Shown: positions 20,891-31,043 of the stretch, in pieces | Layout: the number at the start of each line of letters is the position of its first letter | Numbering within the stretch: position 1 is the first letter of the stretch | Assembly: GCA_001275005.1 (NCBI GenBank) | Contig: JWZX01002822.1 | Coordinates: 1 to 36,000, forward strand | DNA length: 36,000 bases | Source of the DNA: Chrysochromulina tobinii | Taxonomy: Eukaryota | Direction of reading: 5' to 3' | Position numbers and translations under genes: made by a program | The notes under the pieces: generated by a model | Seen by the model: only the letters and a program-made list of their open reading frames with translations | What the model was told of the DNA's origin: nothing | Databases searched by the model: none

Positions 20891-22244
20891 TCAGTCTGCG
20901 CCGTGACGCACGCGTGGGGCGAGCGGTCAGCACGGATCGCAAGGCACATCCAGCCATGCGCAGCAGGTGCAGGTGCGGCACTCGCCGCACTCGCGGCAGG
21001 CAGCAGCAGCAGTAAAGATCCGGTGACAGCACAGCGCGCGGCGCATGCCGCGTGCACTTACAGCGGGGACGGTCGTATGGATCGCGTGTGGGTGGACGGT
21101 CGTAGGGGTCGCGCGGGGCAAGGTCACGAGGGTCGCGCGGCGGCGGCAGACGATCATATGGGTCGCGACCGTAAGGGTCGTCACGAGGATCGCGCGGCGG
21201 CGGGTAGTCGCGTTCACGTTCACGCTCCGGATCGCGCAGCGGTGGGTAGTCGCGTTCACGTTCACGCTCTGGATCGCGCAGCGGCGGGTAGTCGCGTTCA
21301 CGTTCACGCTCCGGTAAGGCGGGCCGCCGCTCTTCGTAGCGTCGATCGTCATAGCCGCGCGGAGCATACTCGCGTGGTGGATAATCGTCGTAGCGCGGCG
21401 GTGGCGGGCCGCGATCGCGCTCGTCGTACAGGCGGCGGTCGTCGTAGCGCGGAGGCGGCGGGGCGCGGTCGTCGTACCGGCGATCATCGTAGCGTGGCGG
21501 AGGCCCGCGGTCCTCATAGCGCGGCGGTGGCGGCCCCCGGTCGTCGTAGCGCGGCGGCGGCGGCCGATCACTGTAGCCGCCACCAGTCGGAGGGCCGGCG
21601 CCCTTGCCGGCGCCCTTGCCTCTGGCGTTGTAGTCGGTTCGCAGCTTGGAGTCAGCGATGATGTTGAGGGCATTGTGCGCCTCGCGCGCCTGGTCCACGT
21701 TGGCAAAGTCGACGAAGGCCGCCTTGGTGTCCGATTTTTTGGGCAAGAACTTGACTTGCAGCACCTCGCCGTACTTTGAAAAGTGGCGGCGGATGTCCTC
21801 CTCGAGCACGTTTTCCGGGATGTTGGCGACAAAGAGGTTGGCAGTGGCCACGCCGCTACTGCGGTCGCTGCGGCTGTTGCCACCAAACCCGCCGAAGCCA
21901 CCGCGCGAGTCTGCGCGGTAGTCTTCTTCAGGGTACCGCGAGGTCGGAGCAGCGCGAGGTGATGGCTTCTCGCCCTTGGGTGGGCGCCCCGAGAGTTCGA
22001 CAGTGATGGTGCGGCCGCCAATCTGCTTCCCGTTCATGCTCGCGATGGCGTCCTCGGCGTCGCGCTGGTCCGCGTAGTCGATGAACGCGAAGCCTTGCTT
22101 GTATGACATCGACGTGATCTGGCCGTACTCGGTGAACGCACTTCGGACCGTATCCTCGTGCAGCTCATAATTAATGTTGCCGACATAGATCCGTCGGCCG
22201 TCAGAGGCCTCGCCACCTTGGTACGGCTGCGGTGCGCGGGACAT
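20891..22244 (-). CDS. 395-aa RNA-binding protein with two RRMs and an RD/YDDR/Pro-rich tail (SR/hnRNP-like); exons 22244-21062 and 20895-20891
   Basis: RNP2/RNP1 motifs IYVGNI...GFAFIDY and LFVANI...AAFVDF. The intron GTAAGT...CTGAC...GCAG splits the last codon, giving ...YDRPRY*. Confidence 0.85.
20896..21061 (-). other. Conventional GT-AG intron (166 nt) in the last codon of the RRM gene
   Basis: Consensus GTAAGT donor, CTGAC branch motif, GCAG acceptor; no decamer repeats. Confidence 0.8.
21190..21312 (-). repeat. Three copies of a 42-bp coding repeat (PERERERDYPPLRD)
   Basis: Visible in both the translation and the DNA. Confidence 0.8.
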
Positions 22245-22762
22245 GGTCAGGGTGTGGTAACTGGATAGTTATACACCCCACGCACGGGGAGTGTCAGGCG
22301 GGCTGCTGACGCCGCAGGGACAGGCATGGCGGTCAGGCAGCGAGAGCGAGCACTGGACTCCGCACCATTTTGCGATTTCCCACTGACCACGTGGCGGGAC
22401 GCGAACTTCACGCGAAACGTCACAAAAGCGCAATCAACTATTCTCAACCTCCTGGACAACAACATAATCACACACAACTCGCGCCCCCATCATATTACAT
22501 CTCTCGGCCCCATCATTTCAAATAGGTCACGCGGGGCACGGTCAGAGGCCCGTAGGGTCCTCACATTCCATGTGGGGCGCACGCCATGCAAAGCCTCCTG
22601 CATGCTCCTGTGTCTGCCCGGCTTCCAGCTGCACGGCCGGCCGAGCTCTCATACGATCATGGGCGACGGGCCGCGGGGCACTCCGGTGGGTCTGCACGCG
22701 CGCTCTCTTTGGGGAAGCGCGACATGCGACGCTCTCGTCAATCCCGCCACGCCTCCGATCAT

Positions 22763-25700
22763 TCACTTGTCATCCATGGCGCTCTCGCCGTCGTCCTCAT
22801 CGTCGTCGTCGTCGTCGTTGGCGGCCGCGGAGGAGGAAGCTGAGCGCTGCGATGACGCGCTCACCTGCGACGCGTCGAAGACCTCATGTTTGCGCTTCAG
22901 GCTGCTCGCCAGGCTGCTGCCACCGCCACCGAGCGTCCGCCGCCCCGCATCGCCATTGGCCGCCGCCGCTACCGATGCGGGCGCTGCGCCGGTGGACGAG
23001 TGCATCGCGACGAGCGCATTCGCAGTGTCGGCCGAGCCGGCCGAGCCGGCCGCGCCGGTCGCGTTGATGTTCGCGTTGAAGTTGCGGAGCCGCTCGGCGC
23101 CATCAGCCGGAGTCTCCGAAAAGGACCAGAGCGTCCGAGTGCGCGGCGTCAGGTGGTGCGCGTTCGGGTTCCGATGCGACACGTACACCTCGGACGAGCC
23201 CACGTGCCGTGGCGACGCGGATCCTCTCGACTCGTTGATGTCGGGTGACGTCTTGCCCGTCGCTGAGGCGGCGGCGCTCACGCCGGCTGTTGAGGCGCCA
23301 GAAGCGGGCGCCGAGCCCGCGGCGCACACGGCGATCAGGTGCTCCTTCATCTTCGGGATGAAGATCAGGTTGTAGAACCGAATGATGTCTTGCGGCTCTT
23401 CCTCGGCCGTCGCCATGCGCACCTGATGAGTTACGCAATCAGTCAGGCCATCAGTAGCAATCAATGGTAATCAGGGCGACAGCTCGGCCGTTGCCATGCG
23501 CACCTCGCGGAAGGTACGCGGCGAGGCAATCATGGGTAATCAGCGGTCATCAGAGGTCATCATGAGCTTCTCGAGGCGCACCTCGCGGAAGGTACGTGGC
23601 GAGGCGCCCGGCTGGCGCTTGTACTGCTCGATGATCTGGCGGAAGGTCACTTGCCGCTGATTGACCTTGCACACGCCATACACGGCGCACATGAGGATCT
23701 GGTCCAGATGGCGCCCAACGAGCAAGTCGCGCGCGGAATCGATGACGAGCTTGGACACGTCCCACACTTGCTGCGTCAGCGCGGCGTCGAGCAGCAGCCG
23801 CAGGCACAGCTCCTGGATGCGCTTGGCGGCAAGGTAGAGGTACTTGCGCACAAACTGTTCGAGCGCCGCGCGCGCGCGAGACGGCGCTGCTGACGAAGCG
23901 CCCGCTACGGCGCTGCGGCTCGCCGAGAACGTCGCATCGTACTCGGCCATGAGTGAGTGCAGCGGAGAGTCGTCGCACCATGCGAGGCTCTCGATGATCT
24001 TGGACTCGACGTCGGCAAAGTGGAGCTTGAGGTGGGCGGGCAGGTGCGGCTCGTGTCGGATGAAGGACTCAATCACCTTAGCGAAATTAAAGGCCTTGAG
24101 AGAAAGGACACGGAGGACTTCGGGGAAGCCCATGCCCGGGGTCGAGTACGAGGCGAAGACGCTCTCGAGGCAGCACGCGAGCAACGAGGTGTGGAAGGTT
24201 TCATTGGCGAGGAGCTCCGAGAAGTCGCTGTTGCCCAGCCTCTTCTCCTCGGCCATCAAGAAAGAGAGCAGCATCTTGAAGTAAAGCCGCTCTGAGAGCT
24301 CGAGCTGCTCCTCGACGGCCTCCTTCGACGGACCTTGCTCGTTGTCGAGCAGCATGTTGCGTGCGGCACTCAAGAGCCTAGCAAGACGCTCCTGCACGGT
24401 CGCCTTCACATTGGGCAAGCCGGCGGCACATTCGAAAAACTTGGCGAGCCCCGACGAGGAGGCGCCATTGTCGATTGTCGCGGGCGCCGCGCGGGTGAGC
24501 CAGCCCACAGCGTCGAGCTGCGAGCTCATCGGCGTCTGCGGGATGGCCTGGGCCGGCCGGCCGCCCATGGGGTTGCTGCTGCGCAGGGGCGTGAGCGGCA
24601 GCGCCGAGGCGTGACGCGACGTGCCCGTTGCGGCAGGCGCCACCGTCCCCCTGCTGCCACTGCCCGGCGGGGAGCTCATCGAGGCGTTCATCGACGCGGA
24701 GGAGGCCGTGTGTGAGGGCCGGTAGGGCGACGCGGGCACCGAGGCGTTCGGCTGGCGCGGCGGCGCGGGCTGCGGTTGCAGGAAGTAGGCATCATCGAGC
24801 TGCGAACGAACAACCGATGAGGAGAGAAAGGGAACGAGAGGGCGGGGGAGAGCAGTTGAGCAGTTGATCTGCAGGGGTCAAACAGGGACGGGCGCGCAAG
24901 CGCAGGCGCAGGCGATTGCCGCCGGGCCGCAGCGATAGGTTGGCACGCGGGGCAAGGTGCGTACATGGCACTTGGTACGCCAATCCGCCTCGTAGCGCGC
25001 GCGCACAAGCGACACGGTGCCCGCGAGGGCACTTGGAGATAGCAGGGAGCGGAGCTTTGCGCCTCCCGCCGCCGAGAGCTTGCCCTCGGCTGAGACGGGG
25101 CCGAGCTCAGGCCAGATGGTGGAGAGGCTCTCGAGGAGCGCGGTGATGGTGGGCTGCTGCTTGGTCAGCTCCTCGGGCACCGTCTTCAGATGGGCCCCTA
25201 GGAGCTCTAGGGCCGCCGCGGGCAGCGGGTAGCAGGGCGCACTCACGGAGAAACGAGGGTCGAGCTTAGGCCAGAAAACGGTGGCGGTCATGGCCTCCTC
25301 GGGGATATGCGCGAGGAGCAGATGCACGACGCAGGCTAGCAGGTGGTACGCGGGCAGCAACGACGACGCGCTCGCGCGGCTCGCCTCGTGGAACCTCGCC
25401 AGGGCGAAGAGCCACCAGCCGAGGTCGAACGAGAGTTTTTTAATGCAGGCCTCCTCGTCGCTGGCCCTGGTGCCGGAGAAGCCGTTTGGGAAGAGGTCGC
25501 GTGAGAACGTCTTCCACTTGTCGTGCATCGTGGCCGTGGTCACGTAGGCCTGCATGACGGGCTGCAGCTCGCCCATCTCCTCGCCAGGGAAGAGGCGTGA
25601 GTGCACATCTTTGACGCTCGTGAAAAAGTCCTTCAGGTGTAGCGCCAGTTGCGTTGTGAGCTCAGCGACGGAGATGCCGGGCAGCGGCTTGCCCATGGTG

Positions 25701-26093
25701 CTCGCCAGAAACACGACTGCCGCCAGCTTGCCGTGGTCGCTCATCTGCGCAGATTCCGACAGGTGGCGCCCTCAGAGAGGATGGCGTAACAGACTCAAGG
25801 ACCCCACCGGCCGCAGGGAGGCTTCACAAGAGAGTCAGCCTTGGGAATCTTGGTGGCAGCGTTGGCCAACCGTCAGGCAGAGCCGATAGCGCGCTGCCCC
25901 GCCCGAGCGCAGGCGTTGCACGCGCCTGGGGTGAGACATGGTCGTCGGAGGTTTGGAGCCTCTGCAGAAGCTCGACGCTGCCCGCCCGGATGTCACTGGA
26001 GTAGCCCTTTTGCTGGCACAGATTATCCAAATGGGTGAATATATCTAGTCCGCCGGCCGTCGCCGCGCTCGAGACACGCTTTGGAGAGTCCAT
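22763..26093 (-). CDS. RBR: Retinoblastoma-related pocket protein, ~941 aa; exons 26093-25926, 25744-24965, 24799-23582, 23422-22763
   Basis: N-domain GWWLFALAR...AYHLLACVV and YE...LDDAYFL. Pocket A FHTSLLACCLESV...FNFAKVIESFIRHEPHLPAHLKLHF...IIESLAW..DSPL. Pocket B GRHLDQILMCAVYGVCKV...TFRQIIEQYKRQP...DIIRFYN. C-terminal VYVS and LTPRT. All splice joins are in frame. Confidence 0.93.
23423..23581 (-). other. Intron 3 of RB gene (159 nt, GT-AG, phase 0), decamer-repeat type with an internal copy of the exon junction
   Basis: GAG|GTGCGC...TCATCAG|GTGCGC; TGATGACCTC/TGATTACCCA-like units on the sense strand; removal restores TFREVRMATAEEEPQDIIRFYN. Confidence 0.88.
24800..24964 (-). other. 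Intron 2 of RB gene (165 nt, GT-AG, phase 0)
   Basis: CAT|GTACGC...TTCGCAG|CTC with a pyrimidine-rich interior; restores the YE..LDDAYFL motif. Confidence 0.8.
25745..25925 (-). other. Intron 1 of RB gene (181 nt, GC-AG, phase 0)
   Basis: CCCCAG|GCGCGT...GCGCAG|ATG; joins ORF 25824..26093 to ORF 24878..25744 in frame. Confidence 0.7.
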
Positions 26094-26135
26094 CTGGCCT
26101 GCAGAGCCGAATGAGTCTGCGCAATGGACAGGCCC

Positions 26136-26143
26136 TTTCGCGC
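26136..26143 (+). promoter_or_regulatory. Candidate E2F/DP site TTTCGCGC just upstream of the RB start codon
   Basis: Exact match to the TTTSSCGC consensus 43-50 bp upstream of the ATG; short motif, could be chance. Confidence 0.35.
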
Positions 26144-26491
26144 CTTTCCGTGTGGGTGGTGATCCGGAGTGCTCGAGCGCTCAGAGGTGGTTACAGCGTC
26201 CCAAACTTGGCCGTGAGCTTTCCCCTTCGTTGATATCATGTGACACTCCCAAAGCTATCAAGTTCGAGTTCAAGTTACATGTACTACATAAACAAACCTA
26301 ATCACAGGAGGCCAACGCCTAGACGTGACCTACATGTCCTGTAAAGCACGCGACGCTCTAGGTTCCCGGAGCCTAAACGTAACGGCGGTGACGCGGAAAC
26401 TCAGGAACGCGGATTACAGAAGACTCCTCCCCGGAACCCGATGTCAGTCTCTTCACGGTGTTTGTTTGGTGTTTTTTATGACGGTTTTTTT

Positions 26492-29400
26492 ATGGCGGAC
26501 CCACTCCTTCGCCTGCGTGTCCAGCCCAGTCGCGGCCGTGAAACATCTGCGCTCCGTCGCAGGCGCGTGATCGCGCACGACGAAGAGCCTGCCGAACGCG
26601 CACCACCGCCGGCAGAGGCACAGCAGCTGCCCACCAACAGCGTGCCCATCTCCGCCACCTCTACCTTCTGGCGGACTGTCTCATCGTACGGGCTCAACGT
26701 CTCCGGACCGGAGCAGCTGCGTCGGCTGCACGCTCTGTTCGACACACTCGGTGAAGCGGCCGCTGTTGCGGAGAACTTACAGCCAAAGAAGACCGCACCT
26801 TTGGCGACATGGCCAACTGCCGCGGAGATCGCGGCACTTGCAGAAGAGGTGCGCCGGCTCGACGACCTCGTTGTCGGCAGCGCGGGCAGCGCACGGTCGC
26901 TGCGACGTCGCTCTGGCCGTGCGCGCGCCGCGTCGCCGCCGCCGCCAGCCGAGGAAACGGAGGCGGACGAGCGCATTGCTCCGTTGCGCATCGGTGGCAC
27001 CAGCAGCATCGACCTTCCCGCCACGGCCACGGCCAAGGCGCACGCGACGATCAGCCAGCCGCCTGCGGCTCAGGAAGCGGGAGCTCATTCGACGCGTGCG
27101 CCCCTCGCTTTACTCGAGCGCTGTGAGCGCGTGGCCAACGGCGATGAGGCTCTGGCTGCTGTGGAAGCCATCGAGCCGGCCGAGGAGGCGGTGGCGTTGC
27201 GCGAGCTGCTCGGGGCGCTCGCCAAGGAGCACCGCGAGGTGCTTCGCCAACTCGCAGCCCGCGAGAGCAAACCGGCCGCCACCGCTGAGGCGCTCGCTGC
27301 AGAGCAGGCTAAGCAGGCGGCAGCGGCGGCGGCGCGCGAAGAGCGCGAGCTGTTCGCCGAGGAGCTCCGAGCGGCGGCGGCGCGCGAAGAGCGCGAGCTG
27401 CTCGCTGAGGAGCTCCGAGCTCTCACCTTCCAGCTGCAAGCACGCGCACGCAAGGCGCTGAAGCAGCAGTGCGAGGCTGCTGCGACCGAGGCGGCCGCGC
27501 GCGTGGCCAAGGAGTTCCAGCACCAGGCGCTCGTGGAAGCACAAGAGAGGGAGGAGGACGTTTTGAGAGCGGCCGCAGGCGGCGGCGCCGAGGGCGGCGC
27601 TACGGGTTCGTCAGGTTCGTCGGACATTGCGGCCGCCGCGGCCGTGGCGCTGCTGCCCACCACCGCGACCGCCGAGGAGCGTGCAGCGTTGCTCACCCAA
27701 GAGACGCACCATGCTGAGCAGCTGGCCGGTGACAACGACGCGGCTGCCATCCGTGGCGCCGCGGCGCTCATCGCGCTCCCCAGACTTGCAGCGCGAGCCG
27801 AGCCGGTGAACGAGCCGGCACCGTCGGGCGGCAGCGGTGGCCGCGCCGGTGTGACGGCCAGCGGCAGCGGCACGAAGCCCCAGGCGATCAAGGTGGTCAT
27901 CACCGCCTCGCCCTCGACGAAGGGAAAGCCGCCGTCACTGACGCTGCAGCGGGCGGCGAGGCGCGCACTTGAGCTCGTTCGTCGCCCCGCGCCACCCAAT
28001 TCACTGCCGGCCCTGCTGGGCGCGTTGGCGCGTGTCGCGGCACTCGACGCGCCGGCCGCGCTCCAGGCCATCGAGGACGGCGCGCTCTTGACGCTGCATG
28101 CGGCCATCACAGTGCTGCCACCCGCGCCATACACGCACGCGGTGCAAGCGGCCGCTTGCTGCGCACTCGGGGAGCTGATCGACGCGGCACGGCAGGCCGG
28201 CTCAGGCGCGCTGGCGACAGGTAGCCGGGCGCACGTCCTCCTACCACTCCAGCTTGGGCAGGCGCTCGCGAGCCTGCAGTGCGAGGGCGAGGAGGGCAGC
28301 AGCGCCGAGGGGGCGGCTGCCGCCAGCCCGGCGCCGCTGGCGGAGCGCTTGCAGGCGGCGCTGCTGCCTGCGGCAGGGCTTCACTCGACGGGTAACCCCG
28401 GCTCGATCTCGGGCTCGATCTCGGGCTCGATCTCGGGCTCGATCTCGGGCTCGATCTCGGGCTCGATCGCGGCAGACGCCGGCAGCAAAGGCGTCGTGGT
28501 GGGCACCAAGAGCGCAGGCGCTCGCGTGGCGGAGGCGGCCGCGGCCGCGGCGCTCGCGGCGCTCTTGCGCGCGAAGCCCGAGGGCGCGGCGCGGGTCCCC
28601 GCCTCGGCGGTGGTGACTCTCATCGGTCGAATCCTCCGTGATGGTGGCGGCGGTTCCGACGAGGCAGATCGCGACAGATCCGACGAGGCAGCAGCGGGGG
28701 CGCTGTGTTGGGCGGCGGGCTCCCCTTCACCTCGCGTGGCGGCGGCGGTGGGCGGCGCGCTGCTTGGAGAGCTCGTCCTTGCAGAGGCTCTTCGGAATGC
28801 TGGTGTCGATCTCGGACGCACCCTGCGGAACACTACCGGTTGGACGAAACTCGTAGGCATGCTCGATGCGCCGCCGCCCAACACAGCGACAGCCGCGCAC
28901 AAGGCTGCCCTGCAACTCGATCGCTTGGTGCGGGCGGAGCCGGCGGGGACATCCGAGTCGGCCGCCGCGCGTGCGGCCACCGCATTTGCCTTTGGTGAGG
29001 GGGTCGCCGGGCTGGGCGCAAGCGCCGTCGCCGGGCGGCGCGGCACGCTCAGTGGGGCTGTGAAGGCTCTGGGCGGTGTGAATCTCCTGTGCACGCGGAT
29101 ATGTGGGCACGAGAAGGCGCCGCCCAAGACGCTGCAGCTCGCAGCGGCGCCCCCGCGCACGCTCGCCGCCCTCGCCGGCTGCCTAGAGGTGCTCGTCGAG
29201 CACGAGGGCCCCGCGGCTCAAGCGGAGGCGGTGCGGAGCGGCGTGCTGCCCTTCATCATCAAGCTCATCAGCCTCGCGCGCGCCGACCTGCGCCGTCCTG
29301 GGAAGGGTGGCATCAATGACATCGAGCCCGAGTTGCTGCCCAACCTCGTGCTCGCCGCCACCGCTCTCATCCGTTCAGGGCCGCCGCAGCTCGGCACGGC

Positions 29401-29689
29401 GCTGCGCGAGGCTGGGGGCATAGAGACCCTCGTCTCGCTGCTCGAGATGCGAACCACCGGAGGTCCGTCGGAGCTTCACGTGCTTGCGCTGCAGGCGCTG
29501 CACGCTGCGGGCGTGAACCGGCCCGAGCTGATCGCGCGAGCGTTCGGCTCGTATGCCGCGCGCAAGGGCGGCGGGCCGAGCCAGGCCGTCGAGGCTGCCG
29601 CGACCGTGCGGGCGGTCCGAGCCATCGGAATCATGACAGCATCGCTGGACCCGGTCGAGCACCCGCACGCAGACCCGAGGGGCGCATGA
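26492..29689 (+). CDS. ~1065-aa Ala-rich coiled-coil protein with armadillo/HEAT-like helical repeats
   Basis: First ATG of the 26441..29689 ORF. ARM-like segments AVKALGGVNLLC, AVRSGVLPFIIKLI, LREAGGIETLVSLL. Divergent from RB. Confidence 0.65.
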   Translation: MADPLLRLRVQPSRGRETSALRRRRVIAHDEEPAERAPPPAEAQQLPTNSVPISATSTFWRTVSSYGLNVSGPEQLRRLHALFDTLGEAAAVAENLQPKKTAPLATWPTAAEIAALAEEVRRLDDLVVGSAGSARSLRRRSGRARAASPPPPAEETEADERIAPLRIGGTSSIDLPATATAKAHATISQPPAAQEAGAHSTRAPLALLERCERVANGDEALAAVEAIEPAEEAVALRELLGALAKEHREVLRQLAARESKPAATAEALAAEQAKQAAAAAAREERELFAEELRAAAAREERELLAEELRALTFQLQARARKALKQQCEAAATEAAARVAKEFQHQALVEAQEREEDVLRAAAGGGAEGGATGSSGSSDIAAAAAVALLPTTATAEERAALLTQETHHAEQLAGDNDAAAIRGAAALIALPRLAARAEPVNEPAPSGGSGGRAGVTASGSGTKPQAIKVVITASPSTKGKPPSLTLQRAARRALELVRRPAPPNSLPALLGALARVAALDAPAALQAIEDGALLTLHAAITVLPPAPYTHAVQAAACCALGELIDAARQAGSGALATGSRAHVLLPLQLGQALASLQCEGEEGSSAEGAAAASPAPLAERLQAALLPAAGLHSTGNPGSISGSISGSISGSISGSISGSIAADAGSKGVVVGTKSAGARVAEAAAAAALAALLRAKPEGAARVPASAVVTLIGRILRDGGGGSDEADRDRSDEAAAGALCWAAGSPSPRVAAAVGGALLGELVLAEALRNAGVDLGRTLRNTTGWTKLVGMLDAPPPNTATAAHKAALQLDRLVRAEPAGTSESAAARAATAFAFGEGVAGLGASAVAGRRGTLSGAVKALGGVNLLCTRICGHEKAPPKTLQLAAAPPRTLAALAGCLEVLVEHEGPAAQAEAVRSGVLPFIIKLISLARADLRRPGKGGINDIEPELLPNLVLAATALIRSGPPQLGTALREAGGIETLVSLLEMRTTGGPSELHVLALQALHAAGVNRPELIARAFGSYAARKGGGPSQAVEAAATVRAVRAIGIMTASLDPVEHPHADPRGA
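28400..28471 (+). repeat. (GGCTCGATCTCG)x~6 12-bp tandem repeat (GSIS repeats)
   Basis: Five perfect units plus one variant, read directly. Confidence 0.9.
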
Positions 29690-29759
29690 ATTCGTTAGTT
29701 GGTCGAAGAAGAGTTGAACCGAGAAAGAGCCTAAATTAGGAAACGATAGTCGACAAAAA

Positions 29760-31043
29760 ATGCTGTTTGCGGTATTTGTTATTCCTCTCGGCGTGGCGGT
29801 GCAGGATGAGTTCAACCCTGCTCATTTCCGCTCAGAGCTTTATTTGCGCGCTCATCCACTCCACAGCGGAGATGACGATGTCGCTAAGGAAGCTCCCAAA
29901 GCGGCACATGCGCAGGTCCTCGTAGTCGTCTCCGACCACGGAAGCGGCACGTCGAGCTTGGGGAATGCGCTCGAGACCCACCCGTGCGTCTTCAACGTCG
30001 GGGAGGGGTTCGGACGCGGGGACGGATACGCGATATGGTCACAGAGCGAGGTCGCTGAGTGCGAGCAACTCCCTGGAGCCATCTTCGACGCGGACTCTGG
30101 CAAGCTCGTGACCACGGCCAACGGAAAGATGAGGCTGAAGATCGAAGACGTGATCAGGAGGTTCGGTTCACGAGATGCCGGCAAGCCAGACTGGGACTCG
30201 CTGTATCATGGTCTGGAGAACAACGTCGCCGAGTACTTCGTGCGCGTGCGCGATCTTGTCTGCAAGACCATTCCAGCAAATGTGTGCCCCCCAACGGACT
30301 GCGCGGTCGTGCTCAAGTGGTTCCCGACCTACATCATGGCCGACACGGACCCAGTCTACACGAAGGAAGATTTCGCTCGTCCGGATGCGTGCACCCGAGC
30401 CAAGAACGAGAAGGCGTTCCCGGCGTGGAAGGATGCGCTCGAGACGTTTGCGCGCAACCCGAAGGTCGCCACGTTGCAGCTCGGTCGGGAGGAGCTGTCG
30501 AGGCAGTTTTCCAACTTCCACCGGTTCGACCCGGCCGGCACGGAGTTTGACTGCAGCATTCCGCGCCCCCCTTGCCCATTCGCGAGCTACGCGGCGGGCC
30601 ACACTGACGTCCAGTGGGACTCAGCCGCCTGCTGGAGGAATCCTGATGGATGCCTCGGCGACGCTCTGAAGCTGATCGGACTTTCAGAGCCCAAGGGGGG
30701 CGCGGGCACGCAGCTGATGGAGTCGGAGATCAAGGCACGGAAGGAGCAGGGCAAGATCGCGAGCAAGAGTTGCTCCACTGACCCCCTGGGCACCTTCAAA
30801 GTCGTGCAAAACAACGACGTGCAGCTCACCTCGACCGGGGGCGGGCACGAGAAGGCGCAGGAGCCTGGAGACATCTTCAACGCGTTCGACCCCCGATTTG
30901 AGAAGGACATGCAGTCCTCCAACATCTTGCAAGCGCAGCCGAGCCCCGAGCCTGACCCCGAGCCCCGATGGATGCCGATGAAGGAATACTCTTCTGTTAC
31001 GCCGCAGCTCAGCGCAGCAGACTCGCCGTTCAAAAATCTATGA
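29760..31043 (+). CDS. Secreted/Golgi sulfotransferase-like protein, 427 aa
   Basis: N-terminal hydrophobic signal. VLVVVSDHGSGTSSLGNALETHPCVFNVGE resembles the 5'-PSB region and LGREELSRQFS resembles the 3'-PB motif. Cys-rich. Confidence 0.62.
   Translation: MLFAVFVIPLGVAVQDEFNPAHFRSELYLRAHPLHSGDDDVAKEAPKAAHAQVLVVVSDHGSGTSSLGNALETHPCVFNVGEGFGRGDGYAIWSQSEVAECEQLPGAIFDADSGKLVTTANGKMRLKIEDVIRRFGSRDAGKPDWDSLYHGLENNVAEYFVRVRDLVCKTIPANVCPPTDCAVVLKWFPTYIMADTDPVYTKEDFARPDACTRAKNEKAFPAWKDALETFARNPKVATLQLGREELSRQFSNFHRFDPAGTEFDCSIPRPPCPFASYAAGHTDVQWDSAACWRNPDGCLGDALKLIGLSEPKGGAGTQLMESEIKARKEQGKIASKSCSTDPLGTFKVVQNNDVQLTSTGGGHEKAQEPGDIFNAFDPRFEKDMQSSNILQAQPSPEPDPEPRWMPMKEYSSVTPQLSAADSPFKNL

Noticed and set aside
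19990..22853. Inverted repeats as transposon TIRs (Pack-MULE/foldback) carrying the RRM gene
   Set aside because: One arm is functional RB coding sequence, the ends are ragged, and no TSD or transposase is visible.
22326..23375. 349-aa plus-strand ORF
   Set aside because: Antisense shadow of RB exon 4 in GC-rich DNA.
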